A stretch of DNA of 64,000 bases, taken from the NCBI GenBank assembly GCA_963666485.2, contig CAXXUO010000001.1, positions 992,001 to 1,056,000 on the forward strand, written 5' to 3'. Source of the stretch: Syntrophorhabdaceae bacterium. Lineage in GTDB: Bacteria; Desulfobacterota; Syntrophorhabdia; Syntrophorhabdales; Syntrophorhabdaceae. Positions within the stretch are counted from its first letter, which is position 1. Each line of letters opens with the position of its first letter. Both the position numbers and the translations under genes were made by a program. Shown here in pieces: positions 1 to 10,339 of this stretch. A model generated the notes under the pieces. It ran no database searches, was not told the origin of the DNA, and saw nothing but the letters and a program-made list of their open reading frames with translations.

Positions 1-743
1 TTGTAGATCGTATAATATTGCGCGCTGCCGATGGGCGTCTTGCCGATGTATGTCCTTTTTTCCCGGTAGAGCGGCAGCGTGATATATTCCGGCAGTTTCT
101 GGGTCTCTTCGCCCGTAACGGAAAAAATGGTGCTGAAGACCCTCGTGTCGTTCTTGAATATCGAAACGTACACCGGCTCTTCACGTTTTTGCGACAGGAG
201 GTCGCTTAAATTTTTTATAAGGGAATTCCTGTTGTCCAGGATAAAGAACTCATTCAAAATCGCGTTACGGGACTTGAGGGGCATGGACACGTACATGGCG
301 GCAAAATGCTGGTTGCCGGAAAAAACCGATACGAATCCCCGGGAAACGGCCCTGTCGTCAGCAACGGGCGGGACCACAGGGTCATAGACCGTATCTCTCG
401 TCACCGTGACGACAGGCCTCATTTTCCTGTCCGTTATCTGGATAATGTCGATGTTCTCTGCCCTAAGGCGCTCCATAAGCAATTCCCGGACCTTCTTTAT
501 GTCCCGCCGGGCAACTGCCTCCTGAAGAACGTTCCGCTGGGAAAAAAGCTCCATGCGGGATTCCACATGGTAGAATTCACGGTCCACGGCAAAAGAAAAA
601 AGATTGATGTCGGAGTTGAGCCCTTTATCCAGTTCGTTGACGGCGATCTGGTCTATGGACCGGATCCCCGAATATGTCGTGACGATGGAGAGAAGTATTA
701 TCAGGGTGATAAAGAAGAGAAGTATTTTGGTATAAAGGCTCAT
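1..743 (-). CDS. Membrane-anchored sensor protein (N-terminal TM helix plus periplasmic Cache-like region); 3' end runs off the window
   Basis: Not in the ORF track. Manual translation from ATG at 743 gives MSLYTKILLFFITLIILLSIVTTYSG... and stays open to the window edge. The output domain is not visible. Confidence 0.7.
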   Translation of the reverse strand, partial: MSLYTKILLFFITLIILLSIVTTYSGIRSIDQIAVNELDKGLNSDINLFSFAVDREFYHVESRMELFSQRNVLQEAVARRDIKKVRELLMERLRAENIDIIQITDRKMRPVVTVTRDTVYDPVVPPVADDRAVSRGFVSVFSGNQHFAAMYVSMPLKSRNAILNEFFILDNRNSLIKNLSDLLSQKREEPVYVSIFKNDTRVFSTIFSVTGEETQKLPEYITLPLYREKRTYIGKTPIGSAQYYTIY

Positions 744-822
744 GTTAACCGGGTATATCCAATGATCTGCTGGCGGCTTAAGGTGCGCCCGGAAGGAATA
801 TGCGGTGTGGCATGCTTCGAAA

Positions 823-897
823 TGGTGGAGGTGAGGGGGATTGAACCCCTGACCCCCTCGTTGCGAACGAGGTGCTCTCCCGCTGAGCTACACCCCC
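823..897 (-). tRNA. tRNA-Ala(CGC)
   Basis: Reverse complement GGGGGTGTAGCTCAGCGGGAGAGCACCTCGTTCGCAACGAGGGGGTCAGGGGTTCAATCCCCCTCACCTCCACCA forms a cloverleaf with G3:U70, anticodon CGC and encoded CCA. Confidence 0.96.
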
Positions 898-908
898 AAT
901 TTGCCATA

Positions 909-938
909 ATCATAGTCCATAACCGGCCTCTATGGCAA
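909..938 (-). promoter_or_regulatory. Candidate sigma70 promoter of the tRNA
   Basis: Minus strand TTGCCA-18 nt-TATGAT just upstream of the tRNA 5' end. Confidence 0.5.
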
Positions 939-953
939 GGTATTTATGGCATA

Positions 954-1310
954 TCACGGGCCGATGATTTCCTTGATCGTCTCTTTCAGCTCGCGCGTGT
1001 CCGCGGATTTCACGACATAACCGTCGGAAACCCAGCTCGACAGGTCCTGCTTGAACTCCCCGTAAGCGGAACACAGGATCACCGGCTGGTCCTTGTTCAT
1101 GTTCTTTATCGCGTTCAAGGCCTGGATGCCGTCCATGACCGGCATCTTTATATCAAGAACAATGATGTCAAACGAAGCGGCCTTGACCTTTTCCAGGGCT
1201 TCGAGGCCGTTTGATGCGGTGTCCACCTCGTAGCCCTCTTCCTCGAGTTCTTCCTTGAACAAGAGCCTGATATTCTCCTCATCATCGACAACGAGTATCT
1301 TTCTTTTCAT
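954..1310 (-). CDS. Single-domain response regulator (CheY-like receiver)
   Basis: ILVVDDE, LDIKMP phospho-Asp motif, conserved Lys; 118 aa. Confidence 0.92.
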   Translation of the reverse strand: MKRKILVVDDEENIRLLFKEELEEEGYEVDTASNGLEALEKVKAASFDIIVLDIKMPVMDGIQALNAIKNMNKDQPVILCSAYGEFKQDLSSWVSDGYVVKSADTRELKETIKEIIGP

Positions 1311-3043
1311 GTAAGCTCCTCTTGCAGCATAATATTTTTCATAGGGAGATACACAATAAATGTAACCCCTTTCCCGGCAACATTCTCTACTTCAATGTGC
1401 CCTTTATGGTTCGTGACTATCTTGTTCGATATCGCGAGGCCAAGCCCTGTCCCGCGCTCTTTCGTCGTGAAGAACGGGTTGAATATATTGTCAATTATGG
1501 CCGGATCGATCCCGCCCCCGGTGTCGGTGATGGATGCCGCGGCAAAGGGCAGTCCTTCGTGCATGACCTTGCGCACCTTGACGGATATCGTTCCTGTGCC
1601 GTGCATTGCCTCGAAGGCGTTCATCAGGAGGTTGATGAAGACCTGTTTCAGCTGCTGGCTGTCGCAGGAAACCGGCTCTAACTCCTGGTCGAAATCCTTG
1701 ACGATGGTTATCGATTCCCAGGCCGGGTCTGATGAGAGTATGTACAGGACGTCCTCGAGGAAATCCTGGAGCCTGCACGATTCCTCAAAAGGCTGGCTCT
1801 CCTTCACATAGTGCAATATCTCGTTCAGGATCGTCTCGAGCCGCCCGACCTCGTTGAGGATTATGTTTATATAGCGGTTCTCGGTATGATCGTTCTGCAT
1901 CTTCTTCGCGAGCCGTTTCGTAAAACCGCCTATGATCACGAGGGGGTTCTTGATCTCGTGGGCGATATTCGCGGTCATTTCACCGAGGCTGCGGAACTTT
2001 TCCTGTTCGATCAGCCTTTTCTGGGCATCGGTAAGCTCCCGTACCACATTTCTGAGCCGGGAGTTAAGGAGCGTGTTCTCGAGCCCGCTCGAGATGTAGT
2101 TTGAAATGGTATTGATTATATACTGGCCGTTTTCCTCTATGCTCGCCTGCTGTTCCGTATTGTCGCCACACAGGGTGATAGTGCCGAGGACCCGGTTCTT
2201 GGAAAGGATCGGCGCCGAATAGAGGGAGTATGCGGGCGGGTTGTCGAACTGTTCGTGGGCGCCGTTGCGCAGCGAGACAGGCCGAAGCAGTTTCATGGCC
2301 GATCTTTCGAGCTGGTCGACGTACTCCTGCGCCTCGGGGTTGATTACCCCGTACGTAAAGCGCTGCGTCTCGAGCTTAAGGAGCGGATACTCGAGCTTTA
2401 CCGAAACGAATGAGGCGGAGAGCGATTTGGCGATGATAAGGGCGATGCTTTTCAACAGCTCGTGCGGACCGACATTGGACGTGAGTATCTTTCCGAGCTC
2501 AGAGAGCATTGCCAGCTCGCTTATCCGTTTTTTTGACGACAGGATAAGCTCGAAGGAGCGCAGTATGCCCCCCAGCTCACGGGCAATGACGGACAGGAGG
2601 ACCTTCTCCTGTTCCTGGATAAAATCATGGCTGTACGAGCACAGGACTATGACGCCGAACAGGTAGCTGTCATCCGAAAGCGGCAGGAAAGAAAAGGTCC
2701 TGAACTTGTCGAGATGGTCGTCGAGTTCAGGATAGAACAGGCATCCGAATCTCGGCGATATATCTTTTATGGTAAAGAACTGAGGGGACCGGCGCTGAGC
2801 GACGCTCCCGACGATCCCTTCCCCGATGTGGCAGCGATAGTGGCTTAATATCCCGAACAGTATGCTTTTTTGATTCGAATACCGGCATGTCAGCCGTTTA
2901 TCCTTGTCAAAAGTATAGACCATGACATCTTCAAAGCCGAGGTCCTGCGAAATGATGTTGAGTATCGCGTTGACCCGGGCCGTGAGATCAAGGTTCGAAT
3001 GCGAGATCTCAATGATCTTGCCGATCAGTTCAGCTTGATTCAT
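1307..3043 (-). CDS. Cytoplasmic GAF-domain sensor histidine kinase
   Basis: GAF-like N-terminus (GEGIVGSVA), H-box AHEIKNPL, N-box QVFINLLMNA, DTGGGI, FNPFFTTK, GTGLGL. Confidence 0.92.
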   Translation of the reverse strand: MNQAELIGKIIEISHSNLDLTARVNAILNIISQDLGFEDVMVYTFDKDKRLTCRYSNQKSILFGILSHYRCHIGEGIVGSVAQRRSPQFFTIKDISPRFGCLFYPELDDHLDKFRTFSFLPLSDDSYLFGVIVLCSYSHDFIQEQEKVLLSVIARELGGILRSFELILSSKKRISELAMLSELGKILTSNVGPHELLKSIALIIAKSLSASFVSVKLEYPLLKLETQRFTYGVINPEAQEYVDQLERSAMKLLRPVSLRNGAHEQFDNPPAYSLYSAPILSKNRVLGTITLCGDNTEQQASIEENGQYIINTISNYISSGLENTLLNSRLRNVVRELTDAQKRLIEQEKFRSLGEMTANIAHEIKNPLVIIGGFTKRLAKKMQNDHTENRYINIILNEVGRLETILNEILHYVKESQPFEESCRLQDFLEDVLYILSSDPAWESITIVKDFDQELEPVSCDSQQLKQVFINLLMNAFEAMHGTGTISVKVRKVMHEGLPFAAASITDTGGGIDPAIIDNIFNPFFTTKERGTGLGLAISNKIVTNHKGHIEVENVAGKGVTFIVYLPMKNIMLQEELT

Positions 3044-4487
3044 GCCTGGCTATCGCTTTTTTGTAAAGTTCTACATATTCACGAGCCGACTTTCCCCAGG
3101 AGAAATCTTCTTTCATGCACCGCGCGACGAGGTCCGCCCAGGCTTTTTTATCCTTGTACAGGGCCAGCGCGCGGTCGATGGCATCGAGCATTGCCTCTTT
3201 CGTGTATTCGTAAAATTTGAAACCCGTTCCCGTTTGCGGTGAACGTGTGTAGTCGATGATCGTGTCTTCGAGGCCCCCGACCCCCCGGACGACGGGTACC
3301 GTGCCGTATTTCAGGCTGTAAAGCTGGTTGAGCCCGCACGGCTCGTACTGTGACGGCATAAGGAAAAGATCGCTGCCGGCCTCTATGAGGTGGGCGAGCG
3401 CGTTGTCGTACGCTATCTTCACCGAGAATTTCCCGGGGTATTTCTTCGCGAGCTGTGTCAGGAGATCATGATATTTCCGCTCTCCTGTTCCCAGGATGGC
3501 GTACTGCATGCCGAGCGCGGCCATTTCTTCCATTGCATCCGATATCAGATCGAACCCTTTCTGGTCCGCAAGACGCGATATTGTTGCCGCAAGAGGGACA
3601 TTGGGGTCTGCGGGAAGATCGAACGCCTGCTGGAGGGCCTTCTTGCATGCCGCCTTGTTCGCCGTGTCGCCGGCGCTGAATTTGGCGGGAATGAATTTAT
3701 CCGTTTCAGGGTTCCAGTCATTGTAGTCGATCCCGTTGACTATCCCGAAAAGGTCCTCCCGCCGGGTTGTCAGGATGCCGTCAAGGCCGCAGCCGAATTC
3801 CGGCGTCTGGATCTCCTTGCTGTATTGCTTGCTGACCGTGTTTAAAATATCCGAAAAGACGATGCCGCCTTTCAGGAAGTTGATATGGCCGAAGAATTCG
3901 AGAGACTCGGGAGTGAAGTATTCCCACCCTATATTCAAAAGGTGCATGTCGTAATGCCAGAATATCCCCTGGTACCCGAGGTTGTGGATCGTAAGGAGCG
4001 TCGCTATCTTTGCGAGTTCGGGGTCATCCTTGTACAGTGTTTTCAGGAACACGGGGGCGAGCGATGTCTCCCAGTCGTTACAGTGGAGCACATCCGGTAC
4101 AAAACCGGTGACCTTGATCATTTCCAGGATGCTCTTCGCAAAAAAGATGAACCGTTCCGCATTGTCGAGGTAATCGCCGTCCGGCGTACTGTACAGGTAA
4201 TCCCTGTAATAATATTCGTCCTTCTCGACAAGATATGCGGTTATCCCGTCGTATTCGCTCTGAACGATCTCGGCATCCACAAAGGACTGGGACACCTGGC
4301 AGGAGATCCGGTGGTTGCCGTACCGCATCGGGAAGCCAAGCTCCTCTATGCCTTTATGCTTGGGCAGGACGACCCGGACATCTATCCCCAGGTCCCGAAG
4401 GGCCTTCGGCAATGCACCGGTCACGTCCGCAAGGCCCCCTGTTTTCACAAAGGGAAATATCTCGGGAGACGCAATCAATATCTTCAT
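3030..4487 (-). CDS. glgA: Glycogen synthase
   Basis: KTGGLADV, HCNDW, TIHNLGYQG and PSQYEPCGLNQL GT5 motifs. Confidence 0.95.
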   Translation of the reverse strand: MKILIASPEIFPFVKTGGLADVTGALPKALRDLGIDVRVVLPKHKGIEELGFPMRYGNHRISCQVSQSFVDAEIVQSEYDGITAYLVEKDEYYYRDYLYSTPDGDYLDNAERFIFFAKSILEMIKVTGFVPDVLHCNDWETSLAPVFLKTLYKDDPELAKIATLLTIHNLGYQGIFWHYDMHLLNIGWEYFTPESLEFFGHINFLKGGIVFSDILNTVSKQYSKEIQTPEFGCGLDGILTTRREDLFGIVNGIDYNDWNPETDKFIPAKFSAGDTANKAACKKALQQAFDLPADPNVPLAATISRLADQKGFDLISDAMEEMAALGMQYAILGTGERKYHDLLTQLAKKYPGKFSVKIAYDNALAHLIEAGSDLFLMPSQYEPCGLNQLYSLKYGTVPVVRGVGGLEDTIIDYTRSPQTGTGFKFYEYTKEAMLDAIDRALALYKDKKAWADLVARCMKEDFSWGKSAREYVELYKKAIARHESS

Positions 4488-4500
4488 TAATACCCCCTTC

Positions 4501-5499
4501 TTATATCTGGGTTTCTTTGAGATACGCCGTAGCTTCTTCGGGCGGTGTCGGGTTGATGTAAAAACCGGTCCCCCACTCGAACCCGGCCATCTTCGTCAGT
4601 CGCGGAATGATCTCGATATGCCAGTGATAATGCTCCATGCCGACATTGACGGCCGGCGCCGTATGGACAATATAATTGTATGGCGGGGTGTTGAGAAGCT
4701 TGACATACTTTTTGAGGATCACCGAAAGCGTCTCTGCGAGAGAATAATAATTGTCGGACGGGTCATGTTCCGAAAATACCGCCCCATGCTGTTTGGGCAG
4801 GATCCACGTTTCGAAAGGGAACCGTGATGCGTAGGGAGATATCGCTATATATCGTTCGTTCTCATAAACGATACGTTTTCCTTCCTCCCTTTCCTGGGTA
4901 ATGATATCGCAGAAGATGCATCTCTCTTTGTATTTGTGGTACGCAAGTCCCCCGCCAATCTCTTCCGAGACCCGTCTCGGTACGATCGGGAGGGCAATAA
5001 GCTGCGAATGGGCATGGTCGAGGGACGCTCCCGCAACCGAGCCGTTGTTCTTGAACACCATTATATATTTAAATCGAGTATCGCGCATAAGATCGTGTAT
5101 CCGCTCCCTGTATGCGATAAACACGTTCTGTACCCGGTTGACGGGCATATCCGACAGGGTCTCCCCGTGGTTCGGCGTCTCCACGATGACTTCGTGGGCG
5201 CCGATGCCGTTCATCTTGTCATAGATGCCGAAACCTTCGCGGTCAAGGGTGCCTTCGATGCGAAGAGCGGGAAACTTGTTGGGAACGACCCTGAGCGACC
5301 AGTCCGATCCGGGTATTCCCCCCGGTGTCCGGATCGCGTAAACCTCCGGCGGGGTCATGCTTTCATTCCCGGGGCACAGGGGGCACACCGCCACCTTTGC
5401 GGGAGGCGCCTCTTCGACGAAAAAGACAGGCCTTTTGCCTCTTTCCGTCGAAATGATAACCCATCTGTCAATGATGGGGTCTTTTCTCAATTCAGGCAT
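4501..5499 (-). CDS. galT: Galactose-1-phosphate uridylyltransferase family (GalT-like nucleotidyltransferase)
   Basis: MPELRKDP, CPLCPGNE, NKFPAL, GASLDHAHSQ (HxHxQ), HWHIEI. Confidence 0.88.
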   Translation of the reverse strand: MPELRKDPIIDRWVIISTERGKRPVFFVEEAPPAKVAVCPLCPGNESMTPPEVYAIRTPGGIPGSDWSLRVVPNKFPALRIEGTLDREGFGIYDKMNGIGAHEVIVETPNHGETLSDMPVNRVQNVFIAYRERIHDLMRDTRFKYIMVFKNNGSVAGASLDHAHSQLIALPIVPRRVSEEIGGGLAYHKYKERCIFCDIITQEREEGKRIVYENERYIAISPYASRFPFETWILPKQHGAVFSEHDPSDNYYSLAETLSVILKKYVKLLNTPPYNYIVHTAPAVNVGMEHYHWHIEIIPRLTKMAGFEWGTGFYINPTPPEEATAYLKETQI

Positions 5500-5562
5500 A
5501 TATTTGCTCCAGGTGCTCGTTTTTTGACATGTTTATTGTTGCGTGATAAAGAATTTAATTGA

Positions 5563-6240
5563 ATGATACCGTTAAAAGACAATATCCCGACCCGCACATT
5601 TCCCATTATAACCCTGGGGTTTATCTTTGTAAATATCATTATTTTCGTATGGCAGCACCTCATACTTCACGCTTCGGCCGGTGCATTGCTGTATACATAT
5701 TTCGGTCTCGTGCCGAAAGAATTCATCGCATCGTTCGTCACGCGGCACGACCTCCTTCCCTATAATGTCATGACGATCTTCACATCCATGTTCATCCACG
5801 GGGGGTTTCTCCATATTATCGGCAACATGCTCTACCTTTGGATATTCGGGAACAATATCGAGGATAGGCTCGGTCACACGGGTTTCTTCTTTTTTTACAT
5901 CGTATCGGGGATATGCGCCGCCCTCTTCCAGCTATTTTACGACCCGTCGTCCGAAGTGCCCATGATAGGGGCGAGCGGGGCGGTCTCCGGGATACTCGGC
6001 GCGTACCTCGTCTGTTACCCGTATGCCCGCATCAAAACCCTCCTTATCATCATTATATTCATTAAGATCGTCGATATCCCGGCCGTGCTGCTCCTGACCG
6101 CCTGGTTCTTCATGCAGTTCCTCTACGCCAATGTGGACGGCATAGCATGGTACGCGCATGTCGGCGGCTTCATCTTCGGCCTCGTGTTCGCTTTTCTTTT
6201 CCTGGCAGGCAGGCAAAGCAAGAAAGCGGTAAGGGCCTGA
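5563..6240 (+). CDS. Rhomboid family intramembrane serine protease
   Basis: HIIGNM, GASG catalytic Ser, AHVGG catalytic His, multiple TM segments. Confidence 0.93.
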   Translation: MIPLKDNIPTRTFPIITLGFIFVNIIIFVWQHLILHASAGALLYTYFGLVPKEFIASFVTRHDLLPYNVMTIFTSMFIHGGFLHIIGNMLYLWIFGNNIEDRLGHTGFFFFYIVSGICAALFQLFYDPSSEVPMIGASGAVSGILGAYLVCYPYARIKTLLIIIIFIKIVDIPAVLLLTAWFFMQFLYANVDGIAWYAHVGGFIFGLVFAFLFLAGRQSKKAVRA

Positions 6241-6244
6241 TCCG

Positions 6245-7564
6245 ATGGGTGTCCCGCGCGTTCTTGCCGTCAATCCCTACATGTATGATTTCGCCGCCTA
6301 CAATTTCTGGTCGAGCCCGCTCGGCCTTCTCTCTATATCGTCAATATTAAGACAGAATGGGTTTCACGTCGAGGTCATCGATTGCCTGACGGTAAACGAA
6401 GGCAAGCGAAAACCCGATGGCCGGGGCCCATTTGTCAAGGAGAAGGTCCCGAAACCCGAGGCCCTCCGGCATGTCTCGAAACCGTTCAGGAGATACGGCA
6501 TGTCACCCGGTGAATTTGAACGCATCCTTGCCGGGCGCGAAGAGCCCGATCTGGTGCTCATCACGTCTATAATGACGTACTGGTACACGGGGGCGGCGGA
6601 GGTTTCCCGGATGGTCCGCCGGACCTTCCCCCGGGCGAAGATAGTCGTCGGAGGGATATACCCCACGCTCTGCTATAACGAGGCCGTCTCGAATTTCCCC
6701 GAGGCCGACCTCATTGTCCCGTCGACTGATATCGGGTTGTTTTACCGGTTCATCGAGGAGGAGTTGGGGTATCCCCTGTCGTTTAAGCCTTTATTCGATG
6801 ATCTCGACATATTGCCCTATCCTGCGCATGACCTCCTCGGGAGCATCCCTTTCGTGCCCCTTTTGACATCGCTTGGCTGCGCATTTCGCTGCACGTATTG
6901 CGCAACGTCCTACATGTGGGGGAAAATGGTGCGCCGCAGCCCGGCGTCGGTACTGAGCGAGATCATTCACTGGCATGACAGGGGGGTCGACAGGTTTGTC
7001 ATCTATGATGACAGCTTCTTGTACGCGAGTGAGAATTTTGCAAAACCTCTTTTAGCAAAAATCTCCGGGCTGTCTTTCCCTGTCCGCATCTACAATCCCA
7101 ATGCGGTGAATGCCGCATTTATCGACAGCGAGATAGCGGAACTCTTCGTCGGGGCCGGGTTTCGCGAGGTGCGTATCGGCCTCGAATCGATCGATCCCCT
7201 CGTACAATCATCAACGGGCGGCAAGGTGACGGGCGCCATTTTCGAGCGCGCCGTACAGTGTCTCAAAGAGGCCGGGTACAGCCGGAGCCAGATCATGGTC
7301 TATATCCTTGCCGGCCTGCCCCGCCAATCATGGCGTGATGTCGGGGCGGCGATAGACTATGTCAGGTCCCTCGGTGTAACGCCGTATATCGCCGAATACA
7401 CGCCCATCCCCCACACCCCCATGTTCGACCAGTTCAAAGACATCGCCAGGTTCCCCGTCGACGAGGACGCCATCTATCAGAACAACGCGATCTTTCCATA
7501 CGCATGGGAGGGCTTTACAGAAGACGACCTGAACCGGCTGAAACGGTACGCGAAAGAAAAATAG
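6245..7564 (+). CDS. B12-binding-domain radical SAM protein
   Basis: PLGLLSI and VVGGIYPTL cobalamin-binding region; GCAFRCTYC (CxxxCxxC); IGLES. Confidence 0.87.
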   Translation: MGVPRVLAVNPYMYDFAAYNFWSSPLGLLSISSILRQNGFHVEVIDCLTVNEGKRKPDGRGPFVKEKVPKPEALRHVSKPFRRYGMSPGEFERILAGREEPDLVLITSIMTYWYTGAAEVSRMVRRTFPRAKIVVGGIYPTLCYNEAVSNFPEADLIVPSTDIGLFYRFIEEELGYPLSFKPLFDDLDILPYPAHDLLGSIPFVPLLTSLGCAFRCTYCATSYMWGKMVRRSPASVLSEIIHWHDRGVDRFVIYDDSFLYASENFAKPLLAKISGLSFPVRIYNPNAVNAAFIDSEIAELFVGAGFREVRIGLESIDPLVQSSTGGKVTGAIFERAVQCLKEAGYSRSQIMVYILAGLPRQSWRDVGAAIDYVRSLGVTPYIAEYTPIPHTPMFDQFKDIARFPVDEDAIYQNNAIFPYAWEGFTEDDLNRLKRYAKEK

Positions 7565-7597
7565 CTTCAAGCTCCGGGAAAAGGCATTATGAGGCGC

Positions 7598-7633
7598 AAA
7601 AAAACAGGCTGAGACAAATCTTGTCTCAGCCTG
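7598..7633 (-). terminator. Intrinsic terminator between convergent genes
   Basis: 13-bp perfect stem CAGGCTGAGACAA-ATC-TTGTCTCAGCCTG with an A7 tract (U tract on the minus strand). Confidence 0.75.
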
Positions 7634-7665
7634 AACGTTGAACCCGGAACTTTGAACCTTGAACC
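7631..7665 (-). repeat. Degenerate heptamer array, GGTTCAA type, 5 units
   Basis: Minus strand GGTTCAA GGTTCAA AGTTCCG GGTTCAA CGTTCAG, starting 5 nt after the stop of the 7671-8153 gene. Confidence 0.7.
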
Positions 7666-7670
7666 GTTTT

Positions 7671-8153
7671 TTACGACAGATATCTGTGGAGTTTCTGGTA
7701 ACTCGGGAAATCGCCGTCAATGAAGTCGGCGCCCAGCTCCTTGTTTGAATCGCCGCCTTCTACTATTCTCTTGATGGCACACCGCATTTTAACGGGCGCC
7801 TTCTCGTTCGGTATGCTGAAGATAGTATCGAATTCGGCGTCGTTGACCACTTCATAGTCCTGCGGTATGGATATCCTCAGGCCCCCGAGCGAAATGCTGA
7901 TGACAATGCCCGTCTGAAGGGTCGATTCCTTTGCTTCCTGTTTGTAGACGAAAGCCGGCAACGATACGTCTTTACGGTGATACCGCCTTCTCTCTTTTTT
8001 TGTTCCCTTAAGTTCTACTTTGTCCTTGATCTGGCCGTGAAGCATGTTTTCGATGATCGACGAAAGTGATCTACGTTCCACCTCCGCTATCTTTTCGAGA
8101 GTATGCTTCAATTCTTCGTTGGTCCTGAAACAAATTGTTACATCTTTTTTCAT
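7671..8153 (-). CDS. Ribbon-helix-helix plus PilZ fusion protein
   Basis: N-terminal VTICFRTNEELKHTLEKIAEVERRSLSSIIENML fits an RHH pattern; RRRYHR and SISLGG fit PilZ motifs. Confidence 0.75.
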   Translation of the reverse strand: MKKDVTICFRTNEELKHTLEKIAEVERRSLSSIIENMLHGQIKDKVELKGTKKERRRYHRKDVSLPAFVYKQEAKESTLQTGIVISISLGGLRISIPQDYEVVNDAEFDTIFSIPNEKAPVKMRCAIKRIVEGGDSNKELGADFIDGDFPSYQKLHRYLS

Positions 8154-8175
8154 GTATCCCCCTTGAAACTGTTTC

Positions 8176-8208
8176 TATCGCACACTATTGCGATACAAGA
8201 GTATAACA
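8176..8208 (-). promoter_or_regulatory. Extended -10 promoter with overlapping operator-like palindrome
   Basis: Minus strand TGTTATACT at 8200-8208; TATCGCA-N6-TGCGATA at 8176-8195 covers the predicted start site. Confidence 0.55.
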
Positions 8209-8381
8209 TATAAGTTTCATATTGAAAAGCGGCGCTTATGGATGCCTGACCTATGATTACCTGAATTTATGCGGTATTACGCGGCCCAGCACCCGGGACA
8301 TATCGTGCATTTCTCGTGTGAAAACGCGCGTATTACCGACCGTTGGGTGATACTCCGGCCCGCGAATTGTGGTATACTTAA

Positions 8382-9482
<1,101 letters not shown>

Positions 9483-10049
9483 ATGAAAGCCTTCGCTGCG
9501 GCCATCGCCGTACTCATCGTCCTTGCGCTCCTTTTCGTCCGGGCCCCCGTGTACCTCGTTTATTCTGAAAAGCCGCAGAAAGCCGAGGCGGTCATCCTGT
9601 TCCTCGGCAACGAATACAAGGAAAGACGGGCCGAGGCGGTCCGTCTCATTCGTGACGGATATGCGGATTACCTGCTCATCCCGGCCTATGGCAGGCTTGT
9701 AAAGGCGCCCGGGCTCGATCGATCATCCCGCAACGGTATCCCCTCCCGGCCCGCCCATTACCCGGTCGTATATGAAGATACCCATATCGAGGTCCTCGAG
9801 GCGAAAAAGCTTATGGACAGGAACGGCCTGACGTCGGCCATCTTTGTCAGTTCGCCTTACCACATGAGGCGCATCAGGCTCATTGCCGGCAGGGTTTTTA
9901 CGGGCGGTGACTACCGAATGACATTTGTCCCGACGCGTTTCGAAAAACAGGTAGAGAGCCTCTGGTTTTTTAATGGGCCCGCCATTCGGAAGGTCGTCGG
10001 AGAATACAGCAAGATCGCGTGGTTCTTTTTATATCGATGGTTTAAATAA
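9483..10049 (+). CDS. YdcF/DUF218 family protein
   Basis: N-terminal TM helix, VSSPYHMRR motif, C-terminal EYSK. Confidence 0.8.
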   Translation: MKAFAAAIAVLIVLALLFVRAPVYLVYSEKPQKAEAVILFLGNEYKERRAEAVRLIRDGYADYLLIPAYGRLVKAPGLDRSSRNGIPSRPAHYPVVYEDTHIEVLEAKKLMDRNGLTSAIFVSSPYHMRRIRLIAGRVFTGGDYRMTFVPTRFEKQVESLWFFNGPAIRKVVGEYSKIAWFFLYRWFK

Positions 10050-10053
10050 AGGC

Positions 10054-10081
10054 CGTAAGACGTCAGTCGTAAGGCGCAGTG
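10054..10081 (+). repeat. Degenerate heptamer array, CGTAAG type, 4 units
   Basis: CGTAAGA CGTCAGT CGTAAGG CGCAGTG, 4 nt after the stop codon. Confidence 0.55.
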
Positions 10082-10122
10082 AGTTTAAACCGGAAACATC
10101 TGATGCGCCAAAATATATGCAG

Positions 10123-10153
10123 CAAAAAAGACCGAACATATCGGTCTTTTTTG
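10123..10153. terminator. Bidirectional intrinsic terminator
   Basis: CAAAAAAGACCGA-ACATA-TCGGTCTTTTTTG. Confidence 0.75.
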
Positions 10154-10174
10154 TTACGTCTTGTAGTTTTTTTC

Positions 10175-10247
10175 TACCGCGGCGGAGGCCAACACCTTAG
10201 TACCAAGGGCAGGGAAAGGATGGTCGATGCCGACCTCCGTCGGGGTA
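10175..10247 (-). ncRNA. Candidate structured RNA: long hairpin with a CU-rich loop, family unknown
   Basis: About 22-position stem whose four G-U pairs work only on the minus strand; inner ACCA/TGGT stem; loop UCCUUUCCCUGCCCU. Confidence 0.4.
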
Positions 10248-10261
10248 TCTTGAGTAGTCGC

Positions 10262-10339
10262 TTATGTATGAGGGGGTTGCCCCCACTGTCTGCTGATTTC
10301 CGGGAAATGGCTTGAATTCACTTTAGCCGCTGCTCTCAT
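10262..10339 (-). CDS. Candidate 25-aa small ORF
   Basis: Purine-rich GGGGAGAAGGGGGAA directly before ATG; MRAAAKVNSSHFPEISRQWGQPPHT. No homology recognised. Confidence 0.25.
   Translation of the reverse strand: MRAAAKVNSSHFPEISRQWGQPPHT

Noticed and set aside
306..1214. 302-aa plus-strand ORF
   Set aside because: It is antisense to the sensor gene, the tRNA and the response regulator; MVEVRGIEPLT is the typical translation of a reverse-strand tRNA.
10175..10320. SRP RNA, 6S RNA or yybP-ykoY riboswitch near the TerC gene
   Set aside because: The SRP domain IV motif and the 6S central bubble are missing, and the element is downstream, not upstream, of the TerC gene.
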